From assembly GCA_963805625.1 (NCBI GenBank), contig CAWDVE010000010.1, positions 1,792,001 through 1,856,000 of the forward strand: a DNA stretch of 64,000 nucleotides. The letters are read 5' to 3'. Positions 28,759 through 39,486 of the stretch are shown here, in pieces. The notes beneath the pieces were generated by a model, which made no database searches, was not told the origin of the DNA, and saw only the letters and a list, made by a program, of their open reading frames with translations. The translations under genes were made by a program, and so were the position numbers. Position 1 is the first letter of the stretch. Each line of letters opens with the position of its first letter. Source of the DNA: an uncultured Candidatus Rokubacteria bacterium (GTDB taxonomy: Bacteria; Methylomirabilota; Methylomirabilia; Rokubacteriales; DASRDR01).

Positions 28759-29493
28759 CTACGGGGATGGAGCCCGGTCGGCGCGCCAGATCCCCACGAC
28801 GGACTTTCCGATCCGAAATCCGAGCCACGGGTCGAGCCGGCGCGAGAGAGGAACCATCAGCCGGTCCCAGCGGGCGATGTCGCGCGCGGTTGGAAGGCTC
28901 CGCCGCAAGAGGAAACGATTTCCCGCCGAGGCCAGGAGGCCAACGCTGTCGAGGTAGCGCAAGACGAGGCGATGGAGCCCTGGAGGCACGACCTGCTCGA
29001 GCGACCGGCGCGTGTAGCGCCGATGGTGTCCGATCGCCCGGTCGAAGGGCGAGTAGAGCCACGCGTGGGCCGGCGCCAGGACGATCAGGACTCCTCCCGG
29101 TCTGAGCACGCGGGCTGCGGCGGCCAGCTCCACCGCGTCGTCATCGACGTGCTCCAGCACGTCGATGTAAAGAACCGCGTCGAAGCGCGCGTCCGGCGGG
29201 AGGGTGCGAACGGTGCCGGCGCGAGCCTGGCAGCAACGCGGGAACGCGCCGTCCGCCACGGCGGCCGCAAGGCGCGAGGCCATCGCCCGGTCGGGCTCGA
29301 GGCAGAGCCACGTGCGCTGGCGGCCGTCGCAGAGACAACGAGTCGTCGCGCCGAGACCCGCACCGACCTCCAGGACGTCGCCCGTCAGGTAGGGACGGAG
29401 GAGGCTCGCGAAATAGTCCTTCCAGTTCTCCGCGCGGGCGAAGAGCTCGAGCTCCTCTCCGGGGTACGGCTCGGCCCCCGACGGCCCAGTCAG
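28759..29493 (-). CDS. Class I SAM-dependent methyltransferase (frame extends to a probable CTG start)
   Basis: Open frame upstream of the called ATG contains ELELFARAENWKDY and VLEVGAGLG; VLEHV and DRAIGHHRRY downstream. Confidence 0.8.
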   Translation of the reverse strand: MTGPSGAEPYPGEELELFARAENWKDYFASLLRPYLTGDVLEVGAGLGATTRCLCDGRQRTWLCLEPDRAMASRLAAAVADGAFPRCCQARAGTVRTLPPDARFDAVLYIDVLEHVDDDAVELAAAARVLRPGGVLIVLAPAHAWLYSPFDRAIGHHRRYTRRSLEQVVPPGLHRLVLRYLDSVGLLASAGNRFLLRRSLPTARDIARWDRLMVPLSRRLDPWLGFRIGKSVVGIWRADRAPSP

Positions 29494-29715
29494 GGGTACA
29501 CTCGCGTCTCGCCCGCGACGTAGTCGGCGTAGTCCCGGCGCGGGATCACGGCCGAATAGCTCCGGCTATTCAGGGTGACGAAGATGAACACCAGGGAGAG
29601 GAGAACGGCCTGGAGAAGGATCGCCACCAGGAGCCCGACGACGGCCGACGCCCAGCCCGGGATGGCGAGGTCGGTCATGGCTCGGATGATGACGACGGTC
29701 ACGATGCCCCCGAAG
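29490..29715 (-). pseudogene. C-terminal remnant of a GtrB/DPM-synthase-like GT2 membrane domain
   Basis: IRAMTDLAIPGWAS...LNSR..VIPRRDY without a catalytic N-terminus. Confidence 0.5.
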
Positions 29716-29724
29716 TTGTGAGTT

Positions 29725-31227
29725 CTACCGCCGTACATGGTACTGGTAGACCCCGGTGAACCCGAGCCGGTACTCCCGGCGCAGGGCCTCGTAGAAGCGG
29801 TCCGCTCCGGTCTGCCACCCGTACTTGGGCCGGCGGAGATCCTCGTCCCAAGGCAACACGATGACGTCGAAGTAGCCGTCCGCGATGGACGCAATGAAGG
29901 AGTCTATCGGGAGCTTGCCTTCTGCCCACAAGAGAGTGTAGAGGTACGGGTCACTCAAGTAGAGTGGTCTCCCCAGGTTGTAGGCGTAGTTCGCCGCGAA
30001 GTACGGCGGGAACAGGATTCGCTGCGTCGGCCCCTCGAGCGCCCCAATCTCCGTCCTGACCTGCCGGATGACTCGGTCCGTCAGCCCCATCTTCTCAGGG
30101 GTGACGTACGCAAAGCGATCCGCCGGGATACGGACGTGATCGATGACCACGAGCGCCAGGAAGGCCAGCAGCGCGAGCGCCAGGCCCAGTCTCGCCCTCG
30201 GCGATGCGAGCGGTCGATCGGCCCGCTCTACCAGATACGCGAGCAGGGCCAGCGTTGGCTCGAAGAAGTAGTTCAGGTCCGCTCCGCGCTTCCCGAGAGT
30301 CAGGGCGAGGACGGCGAAGGTCACTGGGACATACACGGTCAGCGGAGTGCTCGGAGCCCGAGGTGACGCGGCCGGCCGGATGAGCGCCCGAACCCAGACC
30401 GCGATTCCGAGGACGATGACGGCGGCGTAGGCCCACTGGCGCGCCATCTCCGTCGCGAAGGTGCTGTACTGGCCCCAGTCATACGACTGGGTCGGCGCGA
30501 CGAGCACACTCCACCAGAACCCCGCTCCCCACGCGAGGTGAGCGACAATGGCAGCGCTGCTCCCGATCAGACCCACCGTCGCGATGAAGGTCAGGCCCTT
30601 GGTCCAGCGTATATGCCAAAGATAGAGCGCGCCAGCGCCGGCCGCCGCGAAGTAACTCTGCTTCGTCAGTATGGCCAGCGCGGCGAGACCTGCGCTGGCC
30701 ACGATCGCGCCGCGGGAAGTGCGGCGGGACAGAATGAGAAGGGCACCCAGCGATAGAGCCAGTGCCAAGGGGTCCTGACGAGCGTACGCGATGTGCCGGG
30801 TGACTCCTGGGATGGCAAGGAAGAACGCGGCGGCCGCGGCCGCGAGGAGGCGGCCGGCGCGGGTGGACGGGATCAAGAGAAGCGCGCCGGCGGCGACGAA
30901 CATGGCACCGGCCGAGACGAGCCGCGGCAGCGTGAAGGGGCTGATCCCCGAAGGCGACGGGAGCGCGGCCACGAGGTAGTGATAGGCAGGCGTGTACATG
31001 AGCAAGTTGAACGGGGGTGCCGCGAACGTGCCTTCCGCGTACACGTTGACGCCGTGCTTGAGCAGCAGAATCGTGTTGACCGCCGGGTTTTCGAGGTTTT
31101 GATCGAACGAGGTCGCCAATCCTGTCGCGGTCACGGCGACGACCCGGGGAAGCGCCAGCGCGAGGACGCACGCGACCGTTGCCAGTCGCGCCGCCGAGAG
31201 AGTCAGCGCCGTTGTAGGCTCTCTCAC
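29725..31227 (-). CDS. GT-C-type polytopic membrane protein
   Basis: YTPAYHY, ARQDPLA and TKQSY motifs; about 10 TM helices. Confidence 0.65.
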   Translation of the reverse strand: MREPTTALTLSAARLATVACVLALALPRVVAVTATGLATSFDQNLENPAVNTILLLKHGVNVYAEGTFAAPPFNLLMYTPAYHYLVAALPSPSGISPFTLPRLVSAGAMFVAAGALLLIPSTRAGRLLAAAAAAFFLAIPGVTRHIAYARQDPLALALSLGALLILSRRTSRGAIVASAGLAALAILTKQSYFAAAGAGALYLWHIRWTKGLTFIATVGLIGSSAAIVAHLAWGAGFWWSVLVAPTQSYDWGQYSTFATEMARQWAYAAVIVLGIAVWVRALIRPAASPRAPSTPLTVYVPVTFAVLALTLGKRGADLNYFFEPTLALLAYLVERADRPLASPRARLGLALALLAFLALVVIDHVRIPADRFAYVTPEKMGLTDRVIRQVRTEIGALEGPTQRILFPPYFAANYAYNLGRPLYLSDPYLYTLLWAEGKLPIDSFIASIADGYFDVIVLPWDEDLRRPKYGWQTGADRFYEALRREYRLGFTGVYQYHVRR

Positions 31228-31330
31228 GCGCCCATTCTACGGAGAAGCCACTCCAACTCGGTCATTCTGCGGGCGCTGCCGTGACCGGAGCGCTCGGACG
31301 AGTCCGGTCCGGCGCAGTCGCGTGAACTCG

Positions 31331-34300
31331 CTACGGCGGGTGGGTTTCCAGCTCGTGCGGAGTGGCCGGGGACGGGACGCCATCTCCGTCGCCCGACGCA
31401 ACGCCATTGGCACCGGTAGGCCCGTTCCGCGTAGCGACCCCGTGGCCGGCGACAGCCGCGACAGGCGCCGAGCCGTCCGCCGCGCCGTGTATCGCGACCG
31501 CCGGCTGCTCGGCGCGGGCTCGAGGCCGCCAGCCGAAGAGTCGCACGAGGTCGTCGAGCACGAGATAGGCGACCGGGGTGACCAGGAGCGTCAGCAGGAG
31601 CGAGAGCGTCTGCCCGCCGATGACCACGACAGCGATGGCGCGCCGCTCCTCCGAGCCGGGGCCGGAGCCCATCCAGAGCGGCAGCATGCCCGCCACCAGC
31701 GTGAACGTCGTCATGAGGATGGGCCGCAGCCGGTTCCGGTTGCCCTGCAGGATCGCGGTCTGGCGATCGTGCCCGGCCTGACGGAGCGAGTTCATGTGGT
31801 CGATCTGGAGGATCGCGTTCTTCTTGACGACACCGAAGAGCACCAGGATCCCCAGGGCCGAGTAGAGGTTGATCGTGTTCCCGGTGTACCAGAGCGAGAA
31901 GAGCGCGAAGGGTATCGCCAGGGGCAGCGAGAGCAGAATGGTCAGAGGGTGGACGACACTCTCGAACTGAGACGCCAGGATCATGTACATGAAGATCACA
32001 GCCAGCAGGAACACCCACAGGAACTCCACGAATGTCCGCTCGAACTCTCGCGCCCGCCCCGACACGACCGTGGTGTAGCCGGCGGGGAGGTTGAGCTCGA
32101 CGGTCGCCTGGCGGAGCGCGTCGATCCGGTCTGCCTGACCGTATCCCGGGGCGATGACCCCGCGCAGGCGGTTCTCGCGCTGGCGCTCCGACCGGTCGAT
32201 CCGGGACGCCGTCTCGGCCGGCGCGATCTTCACGACGTTGTCGAGGCGGACGAGTCCGCCGCCCGGCGCCATCCCGATCTGCGGGGCGGCGCCCAGAGAA
32301 GTCGACGCCGCCGCCGACGCCCGCGCCACGTAGAGGCGCTCGATGGTCCGGGGATCGCGCCGGTCGGCCTGGCTCAAGCGGAGCTGGACGTCGTAGTCCT
32401 GGTCAAGGAAGGGATCGTGGAAGCGTGAAACCTCCTGGTCCCCGCCCACCATCAGCCGGAGCGCCGTGGCGATCTGCTCAACGTCCACCCTGAGGTCGGC
32501 CGCGCGGTCCCGGTCGACCTGGACGCGCAGCTCCGGCCGGTCCAGGCGCAGCGTGGTGCTGAGGTCGACCATGCCGCCCAGCTGCAGCGCCCGCTCGCGC
32601 AGCTGCTCGCCGTACCGCGCGAGCGTAGCAAGGTCGGGTCCGCGGAGGACGTAGTCGATGTCGAAGTTGCCACCCCCGATGTTGAACCCAGGGATGTTCC
32701 GAACGGTGATCCGCATGTCGCGGAACTTCCGCAGACGCTGCCGGATCTCCTGCATCACCTCCCGCTGCGTGTAGTTGTCGCGGAAGGCCGCACGCGGGTC
32801 GCCGCGGCGGAGCCCGTCCCAGAGGCGCGCTGGCGTCACCGTGCGCTCGGCGTGCGGGGCGATCCGCACGTACCCGTTGCCCTGGTTGACCCGGCCGAGG
32901 AAACTGCCGCCCGCGGTCAAGAGCACCAGCCGCACGCCGCGCACGGCCCGAATCTCGCGGTCCATCGCCTGCACCGCCTCGTCCATGGCCGCGAGGCTCA
33001 CACCCTCGGGCCCTTCGTAGAAGAGCTGGAATTCGGCCTCGTCGACGTCGCTCGGCACATACTCCCGTTTGACGAGTCCGTACAGCGGCACCGTCGAGGC
33101 GATGACGGCCAGCGCCACGACCGCGACAGCTACACGCCCGACAGGGGTGATCGCGAGGCGGAGGAGCCACGCGTAGGCGCCGTCGATGAAGCGGTAAAAG
33201 CCGCGCCGAGAGCGGGCGGTGTCGTGCTCGCCCGCCGCGTCATCCGCGCGGAGCATCCGGGCGCTCATCATGGGCGTGAGCGTGAACGAGACCAGGAGGC
33301 TCACCAGCACGGAGACCGCGGCGGTGAGGCCGAACTGATAGAGGAACCGGCCGGACACCGACGACATGAACGACACCGGGACGAAGATGACCACCAGCGA
33401 GAAGGTGGTGGCCATGACGGCGAGCCCGATGTCGGCGGTGGCCGCGCGCGCCGCCTCGAACGGCGACATCCGCTTTTCCTCGACGAAGCGGAAGATGTTC
33501 TCCAGCACGACGATGGCGTCGTCGATGACGATGCCGACCATCAGCACCAGGGCCAACATGGTGACGCTGTTCAAGGTGAAGCCCAGCGCCCACATCATGC
33601 CGAACGCCGAGATGACCGACGCGGGGATGGCGACGGCGGCGATGACCGTCGAGCGCCAACTCCGCATGAACACGAACACCACGAGCGAGGCCAGGATGCT
33701 CCCCAGCACGAGGTGAAGGTTGATCTCGTGCAAGGCGGCATAGATGTACCGCGACTGGTCGCGGAGGATCTCCACCTTCACGTCGGTGGGCAGCAGCGGC
33801 GTGAGCCGGGCCAGGTTCGCCTTGACTGCCTCGATCACGGCCACCGTGTTCTCGCCCGACTGGCGCCGGACCTCCAGGATCACGGTGGGCACGCCGTTCA
33901 CACGGACGGTCGAGCGCTGCTCCTTCGTGCCGTCCTCCGCGGTCCCGATGTCGCGGACACGCACAGGCGCACCGTTGATGGTGGCGACCACCAGGTCGTT
34001 GAACGATCGCGGGTCGACGACCCGACCCATGGTCCGGAGCGACTGCTCCTGCCGACCGGCCGTGACGTTCCCGCCGGGGAGGTCAGCGTTCTGGCGAACG
34101 ATGGCATCGCGCACGGCGGTGATCGGCATCTGGTATGCGGCCAGGCGGTCCGCATCCACCCAGATGCTCACGGCGCGCGAGAGGCCGCCGACGAGCTGGA
34201 TCTCCCCGACGCCCCGGGCCCGCTCGAGGTCGACCTTGACGGTCTTGTCGGCGATCTCCGTCAGCTCGCGCAGGCTCCGGTTGCCCGACACGGCCAGTGT

Positions 34301-34720
34301 GAGGACCGGCGCCTGGTCGTTGTCGAGCTTGGAGACGGTGGGGGGCCGGATGTCGCGGGGCAGGTTGCGCGCCGCGTTCAGGACCTTCTCGCGGACGTCC
34401 TGGGCGGCCACGTCCACGGAGCGGTCGAGCGCAAACGTGATGATGACGTTGCTCGCCCCCGGGCCGGTGATGGACCGCAGCTCCGTGATGCCCTGGACGG
34501 TGTTGACGACCTCCTCGACCTTCTGCGTGACCTGCGTCTCCATCTCCTCGACGGAGGCGCCGGGCAGCTCGGTGCGGACGCTCACGGTGGGCAGCTCGAC
34601 GGACGGGAACCGGTCGACCCCGAGCCGGAAGTAGCTCGTGCTGCCCACGACGACGAGCGCGAGCACGATCATCGCCGCGAACACGGGCCGGCGGATGCAG
34701 ACCTCGGCGAGCTTCTGCAC
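31331..34720 (-). CDS. RND efflux transporter, AcrB/AcrF family
   Basis: IRRPVFA, GIVIDDAIVVLENI, GVVKKNAIL and RLRPILMTT motifs. Confidence 0.95.
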   Translation of the reverse strand: MQKLAEVCIRRPVFAAMIVLALVVVGSTSYFRLGVDRFPSVELPTVSVRTELPGASVEEMETQVTQKVEEVVNTVQGITELRSITGPGASNVIITFALDRSVDVAAQDVREKVLNAARNLPRDIRPPTVSKLDNDQAPVLTLAVSGNRSLRELTEIADKTVKVDLERARGVGEIQLVGGLSRAVSIWVDADRLAAYQMPITAVRDAIVRQNADLPGGNVTAGRQEQSLRTMGRVVDPRSFNDLVVATINGAPVRVRDIGTAEDGTKEQRSTVRVNGVPTVILEVRRQSGENTVAVIEAVKANLARLTPLLPTDVKVEILRDQSRYIYAALHEINLHLVLGSILASLVVFVFMRSWRSTVIAAVAIPASVISAFGMMWALGFTLNSVTMLALVLMVGIVIDDAIVVLENIFRFVEEKRMSPFEAARAATADIGLAVMATTFSLVVIFVPVSFMSSVSGRFLYQFGLTAAVSVLVSLLVSFTLTPMMSARMLRADDAAGEHDTARSRRGFYRFIDGAYAWLLRLAITPVGRVAVAVVALAVIASTVPLYGLVKREYVPSDVDEAEFQLFYEGPEGVSLAAMDEAVQAMDREIRAVRGVRLVLLTAGGSFLGRVNQGNGYVRIAPHAERTVTPARLWDGLRRGDPRAAFRDNYTQREVMQEIRQRLRKFRDMRITVRNIPGFNIGGGNFDIDYVLRGPDLATLARYGEQLRERALQLGGMVDLSTTLRLDRPELRVQVDRDRAADLRVDVEQIATALRLMVGGDQEVSRFHDPFLDQDYDVQLRLSQADRRDPRTIERLYVARASAAASTSLGAAPQIGMAPGGGLVRLDNVVKIAPAETASRIDRSERQRENRLRGVIAPGYGQADRIDALRQATVELNLPAGYTTVVSGRAREFERTFVEFLWVFLLAVIFMYMILASQFESVVHPLTILLSLPLAIPFALFSLWYTGNTINLYSALGILVLFGVVKKNAILQIDHMNSLRQAGHDRQTAILQGNRNRLRPILMTTFTLVAGMLPLWMGSGPGSEERRAIAVVVIGGQTLSLLLTLLVTPVAYLVLDDLVRLFGWRPRARAEQPAVAIHGAADGSAPVAAVAGHGVATRNGPTGANGVASGDGDGVPSPATPHELETHPP

Positions 34721-36045
34721 TAGTTCTCCACGGTGACAGCCTGGCCGCCGGTGAGATTGCCCGGTTGGACGACGATCGGCTCGCCGGCCTTCACCCCGGC
34801 GACGATCTCGACAAGGTCACCCAGACGCCGGCCCGTCGTAACCCGGAGCTCCTCGCTCTTGCCGCTCCGGACTGTGAGCACCTTCTCGACGCCCGCGAAG
34901 GTGATCAGCGCCGACGCCGGCACCGTCACGACGCGGTCGCCCGCCTGGATGACCACCTCCGCCTTGGCGAAGGAGCCGGGCCGCAGCCGGCTCCCGGAAT
35001 TCGGGACCTCCGCCTCGATGAGCAGCGTCCGGTTCTGCTCGCTGATGGCGGGCGACAGCCGGGCCACCGTTCCGGGGTACACCGACGAGTCGCCGTCGAC
35101 GCTGACGCGGACGGGCTGCCCCGGGCGCACGCTGGCGGCCTCGCGCTCCGGAACCGAGAGCCGGAGGCGCAAGGGGTGGAGGCGCACGAGGGTCACCACC
35201 GACGCTCCGGCGGCGAGGTACTCTCCGACCGAGGCCTGCCGCTCGACCACGGCGCCGTCAATCGGCGAGAGGATCACCGTGTCGGTGAGCTGCTGGCGGA
35301 CCAGCTCGACCTCCGAGCGGCGCTGGAGCAGCACGGCCTGGCGGTTCTGGACCTCCTCCAGCGCGTCCTGGTACCGGCCCTCGGCGACCTGGAACGCCGA
35401 CACCGCCGCGTCGAGCTCTGCGCGCGCCACGTACTGCTGCTCCCACAGCCGCGCCAGCCGGTCGCGATTCAGCTGGGCCTGGTCGAGCAGCGCTTTCGCC
35501 TGGCGCACCACGGCGGTCTGGGTCGCGTCCACGCGGTCGTCATCGCCGTCGGCCGGAAGGCCGAGCCGGACCCGTGCCTGCTTGAGGGCGGCGACCGACT
35601 GGTCGAGGCGGTACTGGTAGTCCTTGGTGTCAATGCTCGCGACCGATTGACCCTTCTTGACCAGGCTGCCCAGATCGACGGAGATCTCGGCGAGGCGCCC
35701 GACGACCTTCGTGCCCAGCACGACCTGCTCGTCGGCGGCCAGCGTTCCGGTGGCGGCTACCGTGCGGGCCACCGTCGTTTCTGCGGCCGGTACGACCCGC
35801 ACCGCTCGGGCTCCGGCGCTGGGCGCGGCGGCGGCCGCCTTCTCCGGCGCCGCCGGGATCTCTTGCTGGCAGCCGGAGGCCGCGAGATATGCGGCAACGA
35901 GGAGGCATAGCGCGCCCGAGAGGGCCGCGCGGCGGGCTCGTAGAGGCTCGGGACCGACACCGGCCCGATGCGCTTGCCGCAGGCGGTACACCACCTTGGA
36001 TCGAAGGATAGGCCATCCCGCCCGGCTTCGCCAGCGTTTTGGCAT
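34720..36045 (-). CDS. RND periplasmic adaptor (membrane fusion protein)
   Basis: Lipobox-like AASGC, ILSPIDG, LRPGSFA; start uncertain. Confidence 0.9.
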   Translation of the reverse strand: MPKRWRSRAGWPILRSKVVYRLRQAHRAGVGPEPLRARRAALSGALCLLVAAYLAASGCQQEIPAAPEKAAAAAPSAGARAVRVVPAAETTVARTVAATGTLAADEQVVLGTKVVGRLAEISVDLGSLVKKGQSVASIDTKDYQYRLDQSVAALKQARVRLGLPADGDDDRVDATQTAVVRQAKALLDQAQLNRDRLARLWEQQYVARAELDAAVSAFQVAEGRYQDALEEVQNRQAVLLQRRSEVELVRQQLTDTVILSPIDGAVVERQASVGEYLAAGASVVTLVRLHPLRLRLSVPEREAASVRPGQPVRVSVDGDSSVYPGTVARLSPAISEQNRTLLIEAEVPNSGSRLRPGSFAKAEVVIQAGDRVVTVPASALITFAGVEKVLTVRSGKSEELRVTTGRRLGDLVEIVAGVKAGEPIVVQPGNLTGGQAVTVEN

Positions 36046-36129
36046 TACAAAATCAATACTAGCGATGGCCGGACGGGAGCTCGAGCCGGACTGCCGAACC
36101 CGCGCGCCCCGTGGCGGCATGGTCTCGGA

Positions 36130-37701
36130 TCAGCCGCGGCCGACCCGGAGTCGGCCGATGACCTCCTGCGCGGCGTTGTGGCCGGGGGCGCCCATGACGC
36201 AGCCGCCGGGCCAGGCGCCGGAGCCGCAAAGGTAGAGCCCCCGGATCGGACCCTCGTACGAGGTCGAGCCCGGCACAGGACGCAGATCGAAGGCCTGCTC
36301 GGGCACCAGCTCGCCGTGGAAGATGTGCCCGCCGGTGAGGCCGAAGCGCGCCTCGAGGTCGGGTGGAGCCAGCACCTGCCGGGCGAGGACGGAGCCCGGG
36401 ACGTTCGGCGCATAGCGACCGAACTCCGCCAGCACCTGGTCGGCGATGGCGTCACGCCGCTCGTCCCACGTCCCTTCCGCCAGCCGGTACGGAAAGTACT
36501 GGGTGAAGATCGAGAGCGTGTGACGTCCGGGCGGCGCCACGGAGTCGTCCACGACCGACTGGAGGTGCACGTTGAGGAACGGGTGGGTGGCCGGCCGACC
36601 GGCCCGCGCCTCGTCACACGCGCGCTGCATGTAGTCGATCGTGGGCGCGATGAAGAGCCCGCCCGAGTAGCCTTCGCGAACCCGTTCCGCCGGCAGCATG
36701 GTGAAGCGGGGCGGCTCCGTGATGGCCATGTTGATCTTCATCACGGGGCTCTCGATCTTGATTGCCTCCACGGCGCGCCGGTAGTCGTCCGGCAGCTCCC
36801 GCCGGGGCACGAGCCCGAGATAGGTGCGAACCGGGTCGGCATTCGAGAGCACGACGCGCCCGCCGATCTCCTCGCCGTCCGCCAAGACGACGCCGGTCGC
36901 GCGCCCGTCGCGGACCAGGACCTCGCGCACCTCGGCGCCCGTGCGGATCACCGCCCCTCGGGCGGTCGCCACGCGGTGGAGGGCCTGCGTCACCGCGCCC
37001 ATCGCCCCTTTGACATACGTCCAGGCGCCCCGATTCCCGGTCGCCATGCCCATGGAATGGTAGAGCTTCACGTATCCCGTCCCCGGGTCTCGCGGGCCGC
37101 GGAACGTCCCGATGATCCCCGTGGCGGCGACGACCGCCTGAAGCTTCTCGTTCTCGAAGAAGTGCTCGGCGATGTCGGCCGCGGAGCCCAGGAAGCACTT
37201 CTGGAAGACCGCGAGGTCCGCGGGACTCCGAAACTCCGCCGCCACCTCGGCCCACGACGGCGGATTCCGGAGGATGAACCGGTCCATGACCGTCGCCGCC
37301 CGCTCGATGAACGCCTCGTAGTCGGCGAACCGGTCGGCGTCCCGCTTCGAGATCTTCGCGAGCTCGGCGTGGAGCCTGGCGGAGTCGCCCCACCACGTGA
37401 GCGAGGTGCCGTCGGGAAACGGCACGAAGATCCGCGGATCGCGGGCGAGATACTGGACTCCCGCCGACCAGAGATCGAGCTCGTCCAGGATCCGCCGGGG
37501 CATGAGCGACAGCACGTAGGAGCCGGTCGAGACCCGGAAGCCAGGGATCAGCTCCTCGGTGACGGCCGCGCCCCCGACGACGCCTGCCCGCTCGAGGACG
37601 GCGACCGACAGACCCGCCCCCGCCAGATAGCAGGCCGCCACGAGGCCGTTGTGGCCCCCGCCGATGACGACGGCGTCGTAGAGGGCTGTCCGGATCCTCA
37701 T
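36130..37701 (-). CDS. Phytoene-desaturase-like FAD-dependent oxidoreductase (PYROXD2-like)
   Basis: GGGHNGLVAA, GGHIFHG and GGCVMGAPGHNAA motifs. Confidence 0.88.
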   Translation of the reverse strand: MRIRTALYDAVVIGGGHNGLVAACYLAGAGLSVAVLERAGVVGGAAVTEELIPGFRVSTGSYVLSLMPRRILDELDLWSAGVQYLARDPRIFVPFPDGTSLTWWGDSARLHAELAKISKRDADRFADYEAFIERAATVMDRFILRNPPSWAEVAAEFRSPADLAVFQKCFLGSAADIAEHFFENEKLQAVVAATGIIGTFRGPRDPGTGYVKLYHSMGMATGNRGAWTYVKGAMGAVTQALHRVATARGAVIRTGAEVREVLVRDGRATGVVLADGEEIGGRVVLSNADPVRTYLGLVPRRELPDDYRRAVEAIKIESPVMKINMAITEPPRFTMLPAERVREGYSGGLFIAPTIDYMQRACDEARAGRPATHPFLNVHLQSVVDDSVAPPGRHTLSIFTQYFPYRLAEGTWDERRDAIADQVLAEFGRYAPNVPGSVLARQVLAPPDLEARFGLTGGHIFHGELVPEQAFDLRPVPGSTSYEGPIRGLYLCGSGAWPGGCVMGAPGHNAAQEVIGRLRVGRG

Positions 37702-37988
37702 TGGGTCACTCCCCGAGGCTCGAGGTGGGCGCTATCCTAGCATGGGGGCGAGGATGACCCGCGGGACGGGGCCGTGCGGTCCTAGATCGACCCCGATCCC
37801 GAGCCACTCGACCTTCCACAGAGCGCCGAGCGGGTGAATGCGCCAGAATCCCCGGGGTCTCACGCGCACCAGTCGTTGCCTCCCGTACGATCAGAATGGA
37901 GGCGCCGCAACATGCCGAGAGCACCTCGGAGACGACCTCCGAGGTGCTCCCCACGACTACCGGCCCTCGGCAACAGGAGCCGTGGTCG

Positions 37989-38429
37989 TCAGCGCTTCGT
38001 CAGCTCGAACGCGCTCCGGCCATCGTACCCAACCCAGGTGCCCTCGCCCTTGAGGACGCGGCGACCGCCACCCTCGTACAGAGTCGCGACGCCGCGCGTC
38101 GCGGAACCCTCGAAGACGAACTTGCCGTCCTCGATCCGCCCCTTCCCCACCCCGGGAATGCCGTTGATGTTCGAGGTGAACGACCCGTCCGGCGCGACGG
38201 TGACGCGGCCAAGCTGGGCGCGTCGTCCCGCGAACGGGCCGCTGCCGGCCACACCCTCGAGCGTGCCCTCCCACTCGCCTGCCAGGCTCGCGAGATCTCC
38301 CGCCTGCAGCATCTTGGCCGGCGGCAGGGGCGTGGCCGTCGACGCCCCCGTGCCCGCGCACCCACTGGCGAGCAGCACGAAGAGCGTCAGCGTCAGACCT
38401 CCTGCCCAGGCGATTCCCTTGCTACCCAT
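37989..38429 (-). CDS. Hypothetical lipoprotein
   Basis: Lipobox LASGC; LAGEWEG beta-barrel-like start. Confidence 0.7.
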   Translation of the reverse strand: MGSKGIAWAGGLTLTLFVLLASGCAGTGASTATPLPPAKMLQAGDLASLAGEWEGTLEGVAGSGPFAGRRAQLGRVTVAPDGSFTSNINGIPGVGKGRIEDGKFVFEGSATRGVATLYEGGGRRVLKGEGTWVGYDGRSAFELTKR

Positions 38430-38593
38430 GTCTCTCCCCTTTCCCGCTGGCCGGGACCTGACGATCTCCGGCTCCGCGTGGCGGCTGACTGACCCGTTTC
38501 CGATCCCTCCTGAGCGCAGCCACACGCCCCCCGACGCCAATGAGACCATTGTCCCACGTCCTCGGGCGGTACGTCGTACCTGCGCGCTCGGGG

Positions 38594-39040
38594 TCACTCG
38601 GCCGGTCGCCGATCCTCGGGGGTGGCCACTGCCGCGAGCGTGAGCTCGTTCTTGCAGTGGACGCACTGCACCGGACGCGGGAGCCGGAAGCGGCCACCCG
38701 GCGATACGTCCAGCGTGGCCCCGCACCGCGGGCACGTGGCTTGGATCCGCGCCAGCGTCCGATCCTCCCGCAGGAGCATCACACCCACCACCACCCCGCC
38801 AACGACGAGGCCCGGCACCAGCACAAAGTGCACCACCGGGAAGAAGATCGCGGGAAACGCAAGCAACCAGGCCGCTCCCAGCGCAAGCGCCGCCCGGCGC
38901 ACACGCCAGGCGAGGGTGCGGGACCGCACGGTGGCGACTCCCCGCGCGGGGCTGGCGCCGAACACGCTCAGCGTCACCGGGACTTCGAAGACATCGCCCT
39001 CGGGGCCCACCCCGACCCTCCTCTGCCTGTCCACCCGCAT
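38594..39040 (-). CDS. Hypothetical 2-TM protein with C-terminal zinc ribbon
   Basis: Two hydrophobic helices, then CPRC...CVHC. Confidence 0.65.
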   Translation of the reverse strand: MRVDRQRRVGVGPEGDVFEVPVTLSVFGASPARGVATVRSRTLAWRVRRAALALGAAWLLAFPAIFFPVVHFVLVPGLVVGGVVVGVMLLREDRTLARIQATCPRCGATLDVSPGGRFRLPRPVQCVHCKNELTLAAVATPEDRRPAE

Positions 39041-39282
39041 CCATTCTAGAGCAGCGGCCGCGAAGACATCATCATGAGAACCGCATCGCGCCCTTCGCTT
39101 CCCGTCACGCTTACGAGCACCGCCACCGCCCGTGGGATTTCGAACGGTTGAAGAGCGGCGCTTATTGTCCAGGCCGCCGGTCCGGGATGCCGCCTCCGCG
39201 AGCGACCGCGTCATCGTGCTGTCTCCCGGCCGAGCGGATCTTGGGAAGCCCGAGGGTTTCGGAGGCACGCAGCGGCGACCGG

Positions 39283-39486
39283 TCAGCGGTCCGAGGGTCC
39301 GATCCGGTCGAACTGATTCTGCCGCTCCAGCTGCTCCTGTTCTTGCTGGTAGAGCCGATTCCGATCGCGAGGGGTCTCCCGTGGGGGTGGCTCCGTCGAT
39401 TCTGCCCCGGGTCCAAACGGGATCGAGCACGCGCCGAGCACGAGTCCCGCGACGATGGCGAGGCAGGCGATCAGCTGACGAGGCAG
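39283..39486 (-). CDS. Possible small lipoprotein (no canonical start nearby)
   Basis: LIACLAIVAGLVLGAC lipobox and charged tail; nearest in-frame candidate start is CTG. Confidence 0.4.
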   Translation of the reverse strand: MPRQLIACLAIVAGLVLGACSIPFGPGAESTEPPPRETPRDRNRLYQQEQEQLERQNQFDRIGPSDR

